Of a DNA stretch of 64,000 nucleotides, positions 45,648-59,109 are shown piece after piece. Position 1 is the first letter of the stretch; each line of letters begins with the position of its first letter. The notes under the pieces were generated by a model, which saw nothing but the letters and a program-made list of their open reading frames with translations, did no database searches and was not told the origin of the DNA. Origin of the DNA: Camelus ferus. Taxonomy: Eukaryota. The position numbers were made by a program, and so were the translations under genes. The stretch spans positions 35,774,001 to 35,838,000 of the forward strand of contig NC_045704.1 of the NCBI RefSeq assembly GCF_009834535.1, written 5' to 3'.

Positions 45648-46863
45648 TTAGTCCTGGACACTGATGTCACCATGGCTTATACTGTAAAAGCCCCCTCACA
45701 GGGCTGTGCTTCCACTGGCCATCAGCTACAGCCACTCCCCCACCTCCACCCCTACCTGTAGTCCTCCGGAACTCAGGAAGCCACTCCCTTCAGAGCCACA
45801 TGGCTTCCATGCCCCTCTCTCCAGTCCCAGAAATCACATCTGTCCTGTCCACCTGCATCAGAACACCCTGAGAAGGGGGTGATAAAAATGCCAATTCCTA
45901 AGTCAAAAAATACCAGTTTCCTAGAGCCCATGAATCAGAATCTCTGAGATCAGGGCTGGCAGTTCATACACTCACACACACAAAGTTCTTCAGATAAAAT
46001 TATATTTGCATTGAGTAAAATGTACAAACCCTAACTGCAGGGTTTGATGAGTTTTGACAGACATACACCCCTATGTAACACACACCCCAGTCAAAATGGA
46101 ACATGTCCATCACCCTAACAGTTCCCCGGTCCCCCTTCCAGTCAATACTCCACCAGTCATCCACCTACAACCACTAACTTCTGTCCCAGGTCAGTTTCAT
46201 TGATTTGTGAACTTCATATAAATGGAATCCTACAGTAAGTACTTCATTCTGGCTTCTTTTACTCAGCCCAATCTTTTTGGAATTCATCCATATTGTTGCA
46301 TGTATCAGTAGTTTATTCCTTTATATGTCTGCGTAGTATTCCACTGTATGTGTGCTCCACAGTTTGCTTATCCATTCTTTTTTGGTGGACATTCAAGGTG
46401 TTTCCAGTTTGGGGCTATTATGAAGAAAGCTGTTATGAGCATTCTGACACAAGTCTTTTTGCGGACAACATGCTTTCCTATCTCTTGGGTGGATTCCTAG
46501 GAGTAAAATTGCTGGGTCTTTATTAGCATCTGCCAAACTTCTAAAGTGGTTGTAGCCTTTTCCATTTCTGCCCAGCAGAATATTCGAGTTCCAGTTGCTT
46601 CACATTTCTGTACACTTGATATTTTCAGGCTTTTAAGCTGTAGTCGTTCTAGTGGGTCTGAAGTAGTAGATCACTTGGTTTGAATTTAGATTTCCCTGAT
46701 GACTAAAGATATTGACTGTTTTTTCATGTTTATTGGTATTTTTATGTCTTCTTTTTAAATATCTTTCATGATGTGTCTATTCAAGACTTTCAGCCACTTA
46801 AAAATTAGATTGTTAAAAAATTGGATTGTTTATCTTTTTAATTATCATTAATAATTACTTTCA

Positions 46864-47461
46864 TGCACCCCAGTGTTCATAGCAGCACTATTTTCAATAG
46901 CCAGGACATGGAAGCAACCTACATGTTCATCGACAGATGACTGGATAAAGAAGTTTGGTATATTTATACAATGGAAAACTACTCAGCCATAAAAAAAATG
47001 ACAAAATAATGCCATTTGCAGCAACATGGGTGGACTTGGAGATTGTCCTACTCAGTGAAGTAAGTCAGAGAAAGACAAGTATCATATGTTAACAGTTATA
47101 TGGAATCTGAAAAAAATAAAAGAGGACACAAACGAGATTATTGACAAAACAGAGACAGACTCACAGACGTAGAGAACAAACTTATGGTTACCAGTGGGGA
47201 AATGGGGTGGAAAGGGATAACTTGGGAGTTCGAGATTTGCAGATACTAACTACTAGACATATAATAGATAAAAAACAAGTTTCTACTGTAAAGCACAGGA
47301 AATTATATTCAATATCTTTACTAAACTATAATGAAAAAGAGTATGAAAAGGAATATATATATATATGTGTGTGTATAAATGAATCACTATGCTGTACACC
47401 AGAAATTAACTCAACATTGTAAACTGACTCTACTTTAATAAAAATTTTAAAAGAAGAAAAA
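46864..47461 (+). mobile_element. Lineage-specific 5'-truncated L1 with 14-bp TSD
   Basis: TGCACCCCAGTGTTCATAGCAGCAC... through to an A-rich tail. TSD AATAATTACTTTCA (46850-46863) and AATAATTATTTTCA (47462-47475). Confidence 0.85.
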
Positions 47462-47489
47462 AATAATTATTTTCAGAAGTTCTCCTTCA

Positions 47490-48049
47490 GTGTAAGCCCT
47501 GACAATTCTTTCCTTTTTTGTAATTCAAGTGCCTGACAAATTCTGATCTCTGAGGCAGCTATTTCAAAGAGGCATCCACTTCAAAGATGACCAACGATCT
47601 ATAATAAACACATTGCCAGCCACATGACAAGATAAAGGGCCAAGTTACCGCCTCAAAGAGGCGCCTTTGTTTCAGAGATCTTGGTTGATTTCAACAACTG
47701 ACCTTTGGACTATCTGGGTTTTTTTTTTTTTCCCCTCTTCCTATGCTTTAAAATCTCCTTTTTTATGTTTTAAAATCATCAATAAATAGTGAGCTCAAGA
47801 AAACGTAGACCCCCCCCAACCCCAATAAAAGCAGAACCCCAGGCCCATACAGACTCACTTTCTCTTCCCCCACTCGACCTTGTGCAGCCCCAGCTATGCT
47901 GTGTAATTTCCACATCTTGTAAGTAACAAACCTCCATTTTTTCCCAAAGTTTCCTGATGGTTATTGCTGAAGGGTGTCTTCAGTTGTAATAAGAACCACA
48001 AGGGCTGGTCCAACCACAGCATTGATTATTGATCAGCTGAGACCAGCAC
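47490..48049 (+). mobile_element. Solo LTR (ERV-like)
   Basis: TGTAAGCCC...GAGACCAGCACA termini and an internal AATAAA (~47824). It interrupts the L1M; the TSD is only partly evident (CAG). Confidence 0.5.
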
Positions 48050-48494
48050 ACAGCAATTCTGGACATATGTCCTTTGTCATGGATACATATTAGGAAAATT
48101 TCCTTTTGGTCTATGGCTTGCCTTTTCATTTTCTTAATGGTATCTTTTGATGATCAGAAATTTTAATTTTTGATGAAAACCAGTTTGTTGTTTTGTCCTT
48201 TTTGATTAAGTGTTAATTTTCTGCCCAAGAGTCTTTGCCTACTGACTATATTTTTAGTAAGCTTCTCAGGTGATTCTGTTTTGCACTAAAATTTGAGGTC
48301 CGCTGGTCTCAGATAATGGTGCCCTGTTGGGGGTGTTTTCCCCTGCTGGCACCCTTCCTCCTAACACATGCATGCATGTACACACACATAAACATGCACT
48401 CAGACCCCCCCCATACACACAAACACACACACCTGCCACAGGGAACAAGGAATCCAGAACTTAAGAACCCAAGATACGATGGGTCAGAGACGTG

Positions 48495-48940
48495 GGTTTG
48501 CTCCCAATATCCACCCCCTTCCTCTTAGTAACAGAAGCCCAACAGTTACCTGGGACATGGACATCCAGGTAAGACTGCATTTCCCAGCCTACTTTGCAGC
48601 CAGTGATGGCATGGGACCAAGTTTTGTCCAATGACTGGTAAGTGGATGTAAAACTGTAAAAATAAATCCTTAAAGGGAATGAGAAGCTGTTTCAGGGCCC
48701 TGCCCTCCTTTCTGCTAGTTGGAACCTGGACATAATAGCTGGATCTTAAGCAACCACCTTGGACAGTGAGGCAGGATGTTAAGGACGATGGAGCAACAGT
48801 GTAGAAGGAGCCTGAGTCCTGGGTGACTCAGGAGCCACCATCTTGCCTGGATGGCCTCTCTTCAGACTTCTCTTAACATGACAGAGAAATAACGCCTTAC
48901 CTCGTTCAGGCCACTAGGTGTTGGTGTTGTCATCATTATT
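48495..48940 (+). mobile_element. MLT1 (I/J/K-like) LTR
   Basis: CTGCATTTCCCAGCCTACTTTGCAGC...TGGAACCTGGACATAATAGCTGGA...GAGCCTGAGTCCTGG. Confidence 0.6.
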
Positions 48941-51739
48941 GGTTTCTGTTTGACTAACTTCTACACCTGGCTGTTTTCCTATGAGGAGATAGGAGAAAAT
49001 CAACTTTTCACTCTTTGTTAGTGGATGCCAACCACACACACACACACACAAAACAGAGAGAAGACAAAACAAAAACAAACACCAATTAATTTCTCGGGAA
49101 CTCACCTTTGTTCAGAAAGAAGTTGAGGAATCCAGAACATTCCTATAGCCTCTAGCATTTTCAAAGTCCTTCCATGCACATCTTTCCAGGAGTCTTATTG
49201 CATCCTGCCAGGTGGGCTGAACTTGGACAAGCATTACTGACTTCCCCCGACACACGGTGGGGCTGAGATTCAGAGGGCAAATGGCGTGCCCACCCCCTCA
49301 CCCCATGGCCCAAACAGGCCACAGGCAGCATTCAGATCCCTTGACTTTTTGGCCAGGCCATTATGGGAAAGCTTGAGAACCATGATGGTGAGTGGGGCCT
49401 GGACATGAAGCATTTCAGAGGGCAAAATCCTGTTTCCCCAGTGACAGTGATGTGCCAGGGCTGGGACTCCGGTGAGGCAAGGAGGCGCCCACTGTCAGGG
49501 GCCACTGGTACAACCCACGGTGCCTCTCTTGCTTCATCGGAGTCCCTGTTGTGGGATGTGCAGCTCAACTCTTTCTGAACAGCAGCCCCGCCTTCCTCAA
49601 CATCAGTACTAAAAAGATAACGGCATGGTGGCAAGACCCTGGGCTGCAGCGTTAGACCAACCTGGGTTCAAATCCTTCTTCGGTTCCTTAGCTGACATGA
49701 CCTTGGGCAAATTCCTCTGCTTAGCTTCCTTTTTCCTCTGAAACATGGGGATACTTGGAAAGAATTGTTGGAAGGATTAAATTAAACAGCATAAATAAAG
49801 TGTCTGCCATGTGAGATTCTTTTCCCTAACTTTCCCTTTATGATAATAAGATTCTCCAGTGAAAGAAGCGAGAAACTGTTAATTCATTATATAGTAATTA
49901 CAACTCTTCATGATAGATTATTATCCCTAAGAGAATGCCCACAGTGTGAAAGAGGTAATCCCCCCAGAGTAAACCTGCGTGTTCTTGGGTTTAGTTACCA
50001 CAGAAGGGAGAATACATGGTGGAAAGCCCCAATACCACCCAGTGTCCACTGTTGTCCACCATACTAGGTTTTCAGAGAAGGATTAAGTCCTCTGATTTCT
50101 AAGAGCATTAATAACTATAAGCCTGTTTCTGTTTTCTACTTGTACTCTTGGGGACACTTTTCTTTTGTCATTTAAGTTTTTTTCTCCTGAACCTCCAGCT
50201 GCAAATACATTTAATTCTCAACCACAACAGAACCCCTGACAGATGGGATTCAAAACAGATGACTCTATTGAGAGGCAGCAATTGAAAATGGAGGGTAATT
50301 TGAACCAATCAAGAAGATGGGGTCTCCAGGAGACAAAGTTTCTTCAGAAACTGTAACCATATCCCGCAAGCTCCTCTGGTACATTTTTCATCTGCAGATG
50401 AGACTTCCTGGGAGTGGATCCAACTTTTTTTTTTTTTTTTTTAACATCTGGAACGTTGAAAAGGAAGAGAAAAACCCTGGGGCCTTGTCAATCAAATTCA
50501 CTTTTCTTTTGGCAAATTTAGCGTCAGTGACAAATTGCATAATTTGACATAAACAAAGTTGATAGATGTCAGCAAAGCTGTTTTGAAACAGCAGCAATGA
50601 AGAGATGTGTAGGATGGGTTTTTTTTTTTTCACTCAACAGTCAGTATGTTTAATAACAAATAAAACAACCAGATGTTGAAAAAATCCTACCACCTTCACG
50701 ATGTCATCTGATAGTTAGCTGCTGATTAATGAGAGTGTGGGATTTGTTCCAACCCCAATTCAGAAACTTGGCAGGGAAGTCTATTTAAGGACTTCACTGG
50801 GTAGCTCTTATTACAGTTCATGAAGGCTTCTAAGTTCACCTCTGAGGCTTTTTTGGACCAGAAAACATTGGCCTTGATATCAGATGACTTGAAGGAAGGC
50901 TCTGATCTGCCATTACTCCCCTCTGTAACCTTGGGTAAATCATTTAATCCTCCTGGAGTTTAGGTTTCCCACAGGATGCATGATGATAATCAGCCCTGCC
51001 CTGCCTACCCTTGAGTTGCTGCAAGGTTCAAGTGCAATATTAGGTGTGAATCACTTTTTTCTTTCATTTGAAGTTCATTATCTTTTCACTGAGAGATAAT
51101 TTCACCTGGTAAAGTACACAAATCTTAAGTGTACAGCTCAATACATTTTTACAGACGTGTACACCTGTATGGTTACTCAGATCAAGAAAGGATATTTCTG
51201 GCACCCCAGAAAGTTCCCTGTGCCTTTGCCAGTCAACACTTCCAGGGAACAATCACTCTCACCTCCATCACCATGGATTAGTTGTGTCTGTTCTTGAACT
51301 TGATACAAGAAGAATCGTGGAGTATGTATTCCTGTATGTCTGGCTTTCGGTTGGCGTAGTGGCTTTTGAAGTCCATTTATAGCAACACAGAAATTGTAGT
51401 TTCTTCCTTTTTGTTGCTGAATAGTATTCCACTCCACAGCTCTACCACACTTTGTTTATTCATTCTCCAGTTGATGGATACCTGGGTAGTTTCCAGTTTT
51501 CAGTTATTAGGAATAAAGCTGCTATAAGCATTTCTGTAAAAGTGTTTTTGTGTAAATGTTTCTGTTTCTCTTGGGTAAATAGCTAGGAGTAGTAAGTCTG
51601 GGTCATAGGGTATGTGTGTGTTTAAATTTTTTTAAAAATTGCTAGTTTTACCAAGTGGTTGTATAAATTTATATTCTAACAGTGTATGAGAATTCTAGTT
51701 GCTTTACATCTTCACCAGGCTGGTCACCTTTCAGCCATG

Positions 51740-51753
51740 GCGCCCTCTACAGG
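51740..51753 (-). promoter_or_regulatory. CTCF motif
   Basis: Minus strand CCTGTAGAGGGCGC fits the CTCF core consensus; the CpG is retained. Confidence 0.45.
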
Positions 51754-52879
51754 GTAGGGAGTGTATTATTGTGAGAGAAGATGGGATTTAGTATGGAACA
51801 TGGGGTCTGGGGTCATGTTTCAATCATTGTTCTGGGCTGGGCTCACCATATGGCCTTGAGTAAGCCACTTAATTCTAGGCTCATTTTCTGCAGCTTAAAA
51901 TGGGGCTGTCAATAGCACCTCTCTCAAAGGGGCCCCTGTGAGGATTAAATGAGAAGAATCTTGCAGAGATCATTAGCACAGGGTATTGCATACAGCGCTT
52001 AATGATTGCCATGGTCTTAATTTACTTTGTTTACTGTTTAATAGATCCCAGCTGGAGAGAATATCTTTAAATATCCCGTGTCTGTCAAGAACTCTGACAG
52101 AGCCCAAGGAATATGAACCATTTTATAAGCTAACAGCTATCTATCCTGTTTGATCAGCAAGATCTTTACTACTCCAAGATGGAGTTCACACCAAGGATGA
52201 CACAGCAGAGAGATGGAAAAGTCCTTGGAGACTGTGAGCTGCTGAATCAACCAACCTGACATCCACTGCCAAACTTCTAATTAGGTTAATAGCACATTTC
52301 CTTATTGTTCAGGTCGATTTCAATTGGTTATTTGGAGCTCGAACATCCTGACACACCAAACAATCTCAGTGTTCCTCTGCTGAGCCTGGACCTGCTCTCA
52401 GCATCCTTAGCACAGGACTTCTGGTAGATCTGACTGATTGTGACCACACAAGAGCTAGTGTTGTAGTCAAAGCCATCTCTGATAATTTGCCATCTCTGAT
52501 AATGCTAAGTCACCTTTTGTGCAGCTAAAATTAGATTCATCTGAAGTGCAGAGTAAGATGCTTCTCTTTTAAGCTTTTAATGACTTTTAAAGAATATTGC
52601 TGATCACTCAGCCACAGATCACAAAGCATTATGTAATTTGCTGCCACCCACTAAGAACCCATCTCAAGCAGCATTAGCTCGAGATAGGGGGCAATTGTGG
52701 AGCTGGATTCCGTCTGTCATTTAAGAAATATTTCTTGCTTTCCTTCCACGTACCGCATGTTTGGGATTATAGGGAAGACCAAAGAAATGAAACAGGATCT
52801 AGACTGCAAATAGTTGAGGGAAATGAAGTGATATAAATTCTGGGTGGCAAAAATATTGAATATTCCACAGCGAAGGGCA

Positions 52880-55800
52880 TATTTTACTTTTTAAAAATTT
52901 ATTGTAGTATAATGAATAATATATGTGTGGTAAAATACACAAATCTTAAATGTGCATCTCAATGAATTTTTAAAAAGTGAATACATCCATGCACTCAGCA
53001 TCCAGATTAAGAAACATTAACAGACATCAGAAGATTGTCTCATTTCCCTGTCTAGTTGACAACCCTTCCTCCCTTCAAAATAATCACTGCTCTGACAACT
53101 GTCACCATAGATTAGTTTTGTCTGATTTGAACTTTATATAAGTGGAGTCATATGTTTGGCTCTGGCTTCTTTTGCTTTCTATTATGTCTGTGAAATTCAT
53201 TCATGTTGTTACATGTGGATGTAGTTCCTTCTTTTAGTTACTGCAGTATTTTGTTATATGACAGCACCAAATTTATTCATCCATTCTTCTGTTAATGGAC
53301 ATTTGAGTAGTTTCCACTTTTGGGTTAATACAGATAATGGTGCTATGAACACTGTTGTGCATGGCTTTGGTGAAAATATGTATACATTTATGCTGGAGAT
53401 AGAAAGATAGACAGACAATATATAAAACATACATACATACATACATAGAACTGTTGAATCGCAGAGTATGTGTGTATTTAGCTTTAATATATTTTGCCAG
53501 TTTTTCAAAGTGAGTGTTCCTTTTTACAACTACTGTGCAGTATATGATGGTCTCAGTTGCTCCACAACCTTAAAAACATTTTTAAAAATTGTGGTAAAAT
53601 ATACACAGCATAAAATTAACCATCTTAACCATTTTCAAGTGTATAGTTCAGTGGTATTAAATAATTTCATAATGTGCAACCATCCCTACCATCCACCTCC
53701 AAAACTCTTTTCACCTTGTAAAACTGAAGTTCTGTACCCATTAAACAAAAACCCCATTCCCACCCCCACTCCCCAGCTCCTGGCAACTACTATTCTGCTT
53801 TATATCTCTATTAATTTGGGTNNNNNNNNNNNNNNNNNNNNNNNNNNNNNNNNNNNNNNNNNNNNNNNNNNNNNNNNNNNNNNNNNNNNNNNNNNNNNNN
53901 NNNNNNNNNNNNNNNNNNNNNNNNNNNNNNNNNNNNNNNNNNNNNNNNNNNNNNNNNNNNNNNNNNNNNNNNNNNNNNNNNNNNCCATTCATCCATCATT
54001 GAACACTTGGGTTGCTTCCACAGTTCAGATATTGTGAATAATGCTATGAACACGGGTGTACAAATGTCACTTTGAGACCTGCTTTCAATTCTCTGGAGTA
54101 TATACCCAGAAATGGAATTGCTGGATCATGTGAAAATTGTGTTTTTAGTTTTTAAGGAAACTCCATAAAGGATAAGTTNNNNNNNNNNNNNNNNNNNNNN
54201 NNNNNNNNNNNNNNNNNNNNNNNNNNNNNNNNNNNNNNNNNNNNNNNNNNNNNNNNNNNNNNNNNNNNNNNNNNNNNNNNNNNNNNNNNNNNNNNNNNNN
54301 NNNNNNNNNTACTTATGTCTTCTTTAATTTGTTTCAGCAATATTTTGTAGTTTTCATTGTGCAAGTTTTTCACCTTCTTGGTTAAGTTAATTTCTAAATG
54401 ATTTTTGATGCTATTGTAAATGGAATTATTTTTGTAGTTTTCAGATTTTTCATTGTTAGTGTATAGATATGTGACTNNNNNNNNNNNNNNNNNNNNNNNN
54501 NNNNNNNNNNNNNNNNNNNNNNNNNNNNNNNNNNNNNNNNNNNNNNNNNNNNNNNNNNNNNNNNNNNNNNNNNNNNNNNNNNNNNNNNNNNNNNNNNNNN
54601 NNNNNNNNNNNNNNNNNNNNNNNNNNNNNNNNNNNNNNNNNNNNNTGGATGTCTTACCTTTATTTTTCTTGCTCTGGCTAGAACTTCCAGTACTATGTGG
54701 AATAGAAGTGGCAAAAGCAAGCATCTCTGCCTTCCTTGTTCCTGATCTTAAAGGAGAAGCTTTCAGCTCTTCACCACTGAGTATGCTGTTTACTGTGGGG
54801 TTTTCATATATGGCTTTTATTATGTTAAAGTACTTTCCTTCTGTTCCTGGTTTGCCAAATGATTTTTATGATGAAAGGGTGTTGAATTTTGTTGAATATA
54901 TTTTATGCATCAATTGAGATGATCATGTGATTTTTCTCCTTCATTCTGTTAATGTAGTATATTACATTACCTGATTTTCATATATNNNNNNNNNNNNNNN
55001 NNNNNNNNNNNNNNNNNNNNNNNNNNNNNNNNNNNNNNNNNNNNNNNNNNNNNNNNNNNNNNNNNNNNNNNNNNNNNNNNNNNNNNNNNNNNNNNNNNNN
55101 NNNNNNNNNNNNNNNNNNNNNNNNNNNNNNNNNNNNNNNNNNNNNNNNNNNNNNNNNNNNNNCTCCTCCAGTTTTTTGGAATAGTTTGAGAAAGACTGGT
55201 ACTAGTTCTTTAAATGTTTGGTAGAATTCACCAGTGAAGTCATTGGATCCAAGGCATTTATTGAGAGAATTTTGATGACTGATTTAATCTCCTTAGTAAT
55301 TATAGGTCAACTCAGATTTTTAATTTTTTCTTGATTTAGTCTTGGTATTTCTAGGAATTTGTCCATTTCATCTAGGTTATCCACTTTATTGGGGTACAGT
55401 TGTTCATAGTGTTCATATCATCCTCATTTCTGTAGAATAGTAATGTCCTCACTTTCATATTTGATTTTGGTAATTTAAAATTTCTCTCATTTTTTCTTAG
55501 TATATATAGCTACATATAGTAGCTATAGTTTTGTCCATTTTGTTGATCTTTTCAAAGAACCAGCTTCTGGTTTCATTAATTTTTTCTATTCTTTGTTTCA
55601 TTGATCTCAGCTCTAATATTTATCATTTCCTTCCTTCTGCTATTTTTTGGTTCTTGTTCTAGTTCCTTCAAGTGTATAGTTAAGTTGTTGATTTGAAATC
55701 TTACTTGTTTTTTAAATATAAGTGTTTATAGCTATAAATTTCCCCCTTACTTCTTTTACTACATCCCGAAGTTTTGCTATGTTGTGTGTTTTCATTCATC

Positions 55801-56450
55801 TCTAGAAAATTCAAGTATTTTTAAATTTCTCTTGTAATTTCTTCTTTGATCATTAGTTGTTCAAGAGTATATTGTTTAATTTCCACAAATTAAAAAGTTT
55901 TCCAGTTTTACTTCTGTTGATTTGTAATTTCATCCTGCTGTGGCTGAAGAAGATAATTTGTATGATATCTGTCTTTTAAAATCTATTGAGACTTAAATCT
56001 GTGGTTTAATATATGGTCTATCCTGGGAAATATCTCATGGATACACGAGAAGATTGTGTATTCTGCTGTTGTTCTGTATGTCATATCTAGTTGGTCTACG
56101 GATTAAGTCCTCTATTTCCTTACTTAATTTCTGTCTGGTTATTCTATCCTTTATTGAGACTAGGGTATGGAAGTCTTTGACTATTATTGTAGAGCTATTT
56201 ATTTCTCCCTTCATATGGTCAGTTTTTATTTCATATATTTCTCTGGTCTGTTATTAGGTATGCAAATGTTTATAATTGTTATATATTCTTGTATATTGAA
56301 ACTTTTATTAATATATAATGCCCTTTTTTGTCTCTTGTCATCTTTGTCTTATGTTTACTACAGTTGTTGTCCTATTTCTTTTCTAGTAAGGTTCTGCCAG
56401 GTTTTGGGTTCAAGGTTATAAAGGTCTCATCTAACAATCTGGAAAGTGTT
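52880..56450 (-). mobile_element. Antisense L1M elements spanning four assembly gaps
   Basis: Continuous T-rich antisense L1 ORF2/3' UTR-like sequence. N runs at 53822-53984, 54179-54309, 54477-54645 and 54986-55162. Confidence 0.7.
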
Positions 56451-56519
56451 CACATTTTTTCTATTCTCTGAGTTTGTGTCAGATTAGTGTTATTTTGCCC
56501 TTAAATATTTGTAGTTTGT

Positions 56520-56626
56520 TTTCTGAGGGGGCAGTAATTAGATTTTTTTTTTTCTTGGAGGTACTGGGGATTGAACCCAGGACCTTAAGCATGCTAGGCA
56601 TGCACTCTACCACTGAGCTATACACT
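56520..56626 (-). mobile_element. tRNA-derived SINE (camelid Vic-1-like)
   Basis: GGAGGTACTGGGGATTGAACCCAGGACC...CTCTACCACTGAGCTATACAC. Confidence 0.75.
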
Positions 56627-57819
56627 TTCTCTTTGTCCTTAAATATTTGAAACAGTTCACCAATCAAGCCATTTGGGCTTGGAGTTTTGTTGTTTTGGGT
56701 GAATTTGTTTTATTTTGGTGGAAGTAGAGAGTGTGCTTTGAAATCCCATCTGTCCCAGAAACCATGACACTTGCTGATCCTGTCTCCACATGGCTGCTCC
56801 TTCAAAGATTCAGTTCTCTGCTCAAATGCCATCTCCTCAGAGAGGTCCTCCATGACTGCTCCAGCAAAAGTAGCAGTGAGAGTGGAGAGAGCACTATTTC
56901 TCACCTCTCTACCTTTGCTTACTCCATTTTCCTAGGCCAGGAAAAAACCTCCCTTCGCTCTTTGCCAGTCTAAGCCCTACTCATCCTAATGGCTCAGTTA
57001 ATGTGACACTTCCCCTGTGAAGGCCTCCTTGAGTTTCAACTCCCCAGAATGGGTTAAACTCCCTTACCATCCTTACATAGTTCTGTCATGCACTTTGCAC
57101 ATTAAATTGAAATGCACTCTTTATGGACCTGCGTCCTCAGCAGATCATAAGGACTGGGCCTTATTCATTTGGGGCACATAGTGAGCACTAATGTATGTTG
57201 CACGAGTGGGCATTGCTACAATCCTAGTCCCACAATCCTTATGTGCTGGACAAAGCAGTAGTCTTCTTGCTCCTTCCTGCTGCCTACTGGCCATTCTCCA
57301 CCCAGAGGGCAAGAGGGATCATCTACAAAGGTAAGCCAGCTCATGTCACAACCCTGCTTCAAACCCTCCAGCGGCTTCCATTTGTATGAGGAATAACTTC
57401 AACTTTCTTGCCATGGCCCAAAGGACCTGCAAAGTCTGGCCCCAGCCAACTGTGAGTCTTACCCCACCTGTCCTCAATCATCTTCTGCCAGTCATACTCC
57501 CCTTCTTTCTATTCTTCAAATACCAGGCTTGTTTCCCCTGGAGTCTTCAGTTTTGTTCCCTCTACTTGGAATGTTCTGCAGCCAAGACTATGCAAGGCTG
57601 ACACTTTCTCATCATTCATGTTTCAGCTCAGCCGTCACCTCCTCAGAGGCCTTCCCTGACCACACAGGCGTTCTTTCCCCCATCACCCTGCTATTTTCAT
57701 CATTACCTTCCTGACAAACTGACAGTGATTTGTTATTTTTTGTTTCTCCCACCAGTCTGAGAACTCCATTAGGGGAGGGATATTGTCTGTCGTGGTCTCC
57801 ACTTTGCCCCCAGTACCTA

Positions 57820-58620
57820 GAATAGTGCCTGGCACTCGGATGGCGCTCAGTAAAGGGTAAGAAGTCCGCGCAGGAATTACGGAATCGCTTTCTCAGGCCA
57901 GTGCCGACTCTAACCACGTGGGAGGGGTGAGGGCGGTGGTCGCGGGCGTGCAGGGAGTGACAACTCAGCCCAAAGCCCCGCCCCCACCCCGCCCCGCCCC
58001 GCCCCCAATCCCGCCGGTGTCCGTGTCCTCCTCCACGGGTCTCCATAAAGTTCATTTGGCGGCGCGCCGCGCGGGGCCTTCTGGGAAGGCCGGCCTTGAC
58101 CAATCAGGAGGCGCGGGCGAGCGGCGCGAGAAGCGGCGGCCGCGTTCTTCAGCCGGGACCTGAGCGGCGACACGGCTGCAGCGCCAGGTAAGGGTGTCTG
58201 AGGCCGCGTCCTTCCTGCTCAGGTCATGTCCTTGAACCCAGGGCCCCGTGGCTGGGCGGGGTCCGGTCCCCAGCTCGGAGCCGTGCTGCTCACACTTCCC
58301 GTTCGCCTCATGGCAGCCGGCATGCCTGACGCCGGCGACAGCGCCCTGCCGAACCGCCCACTATTATAGCGTAGAGCTGCGGTCGGGGAGTACCTGCTCT
58401 CTGTCCTCTTTCTGAATACGGAGCCACGGCCTTCCGAATGCCCTCCTCCCCCACTACAGCGCTCTGCCACGGTGCGCCACGCCCACCGCTGCCCCGGGAG
58501 CCCACCCTATGCTGGATCGGCCACCCCTCCCCACCACCGCAATCCGCTTGACCACCTCCTTGACCGCGCCCTTCCAACTCGCTCGCCCCTCAGCATACAC
58601 CCTGTAGGGAGACGTTGCCC
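57820..58620 (+). promoter_or_regulatory. NUP93: NUP93 CpG-island promoter
   Basis: CpG-dense. Tandem GC boxes at ~57975-58006 and CCAAT at 58100-58104. No TATA element evident. Position downstream of the MT cluster matches the known mammalian order. Confidence 0.8.
58105..58187 (+). other. NUP93: NUP93 non-coding exon 1 (start approximate); intron 1 runs to the end of the window
   Basis: GCGGCCGCGTTCTTCAGCCGGGACCTGAGCGGCGACACGGCTGCAGCGCCAG|GTAAGG resembles the human NUP93 5' UTR exon as I recall it. Strong donor at 58188. No coding exon in the window. Confidence 0.75.
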
Positions 58621-59109
58621 TCCGAGGAGAGGGATCTTTGGGGCGAGGGTGACGATCTTGTGAGCCTTGGCCTATCTCCTCTGCATCCAGGGGAATGCTC
58701 CTTACCACCCAGGGAAATGCTGGTGATTAGAACCTGGAGATGGCCTGCTCATTCTCTGCACTCACAACACCCCATCCTCTGCAAAGGCAGTGCTTACGTT
58801 TACTGGGTCTCTTTTTTAAAAATTACGAGGCCTACCACAGGGGTCTTTTTTTCAAAGGTTGGACGACCCATTGACAGCCGCTGGTCGGGATTTGCTCCTC
58901 TTGTCAGGTGTGAGGAGGTTTTTTGCTTTTGTTTTGTTTTTTACCGAAATGTCTTTCAGCATGAGTAAGGGTCACGTTTCTGTTCTTTTTGAGGGACGTG
59001 AGAGGGTGTCCTTGGGCATCGTAGTTTTTTTCTTCCTTTCACCTGTTCTTTGTGCATTTGTGTTTGAGACATTTTCAGTTTTTATTTATGGTGATCCCAC
59101 TCAAGGCCC

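Larger units (their letters stand above)
46010..48230 (-). mobile_element. Old L1M, split by a younger L1 and an LTR
   Basis: Antisense L1M sequence at 46010-46850 resumes at ~48053 (AATTCTGGACATATGTCCTTTGTC). Confidence 0.6.

Noticed and set aside
53468-54917. Long ORFs containing X runs (also 890-1201)
   Set aside because: Artefacts of N gaps within L1 or MLT1 sequence.
38955-56626. tRNA-like A/B box sequences
   Set aside because: They are SINE heads with T-rich tails and, in two cases, TSDs; they are not tRNA genes.
33060-57800. Additional MT genes or pseudogene exons between MT1-e and NUP93, or MT3/MT4 upstream of MT2
   Set aside because: I found no Cys-rich exon-like sequence on either strand by eye; a tBLASTn search would be needed to exclude very decayed remnants.
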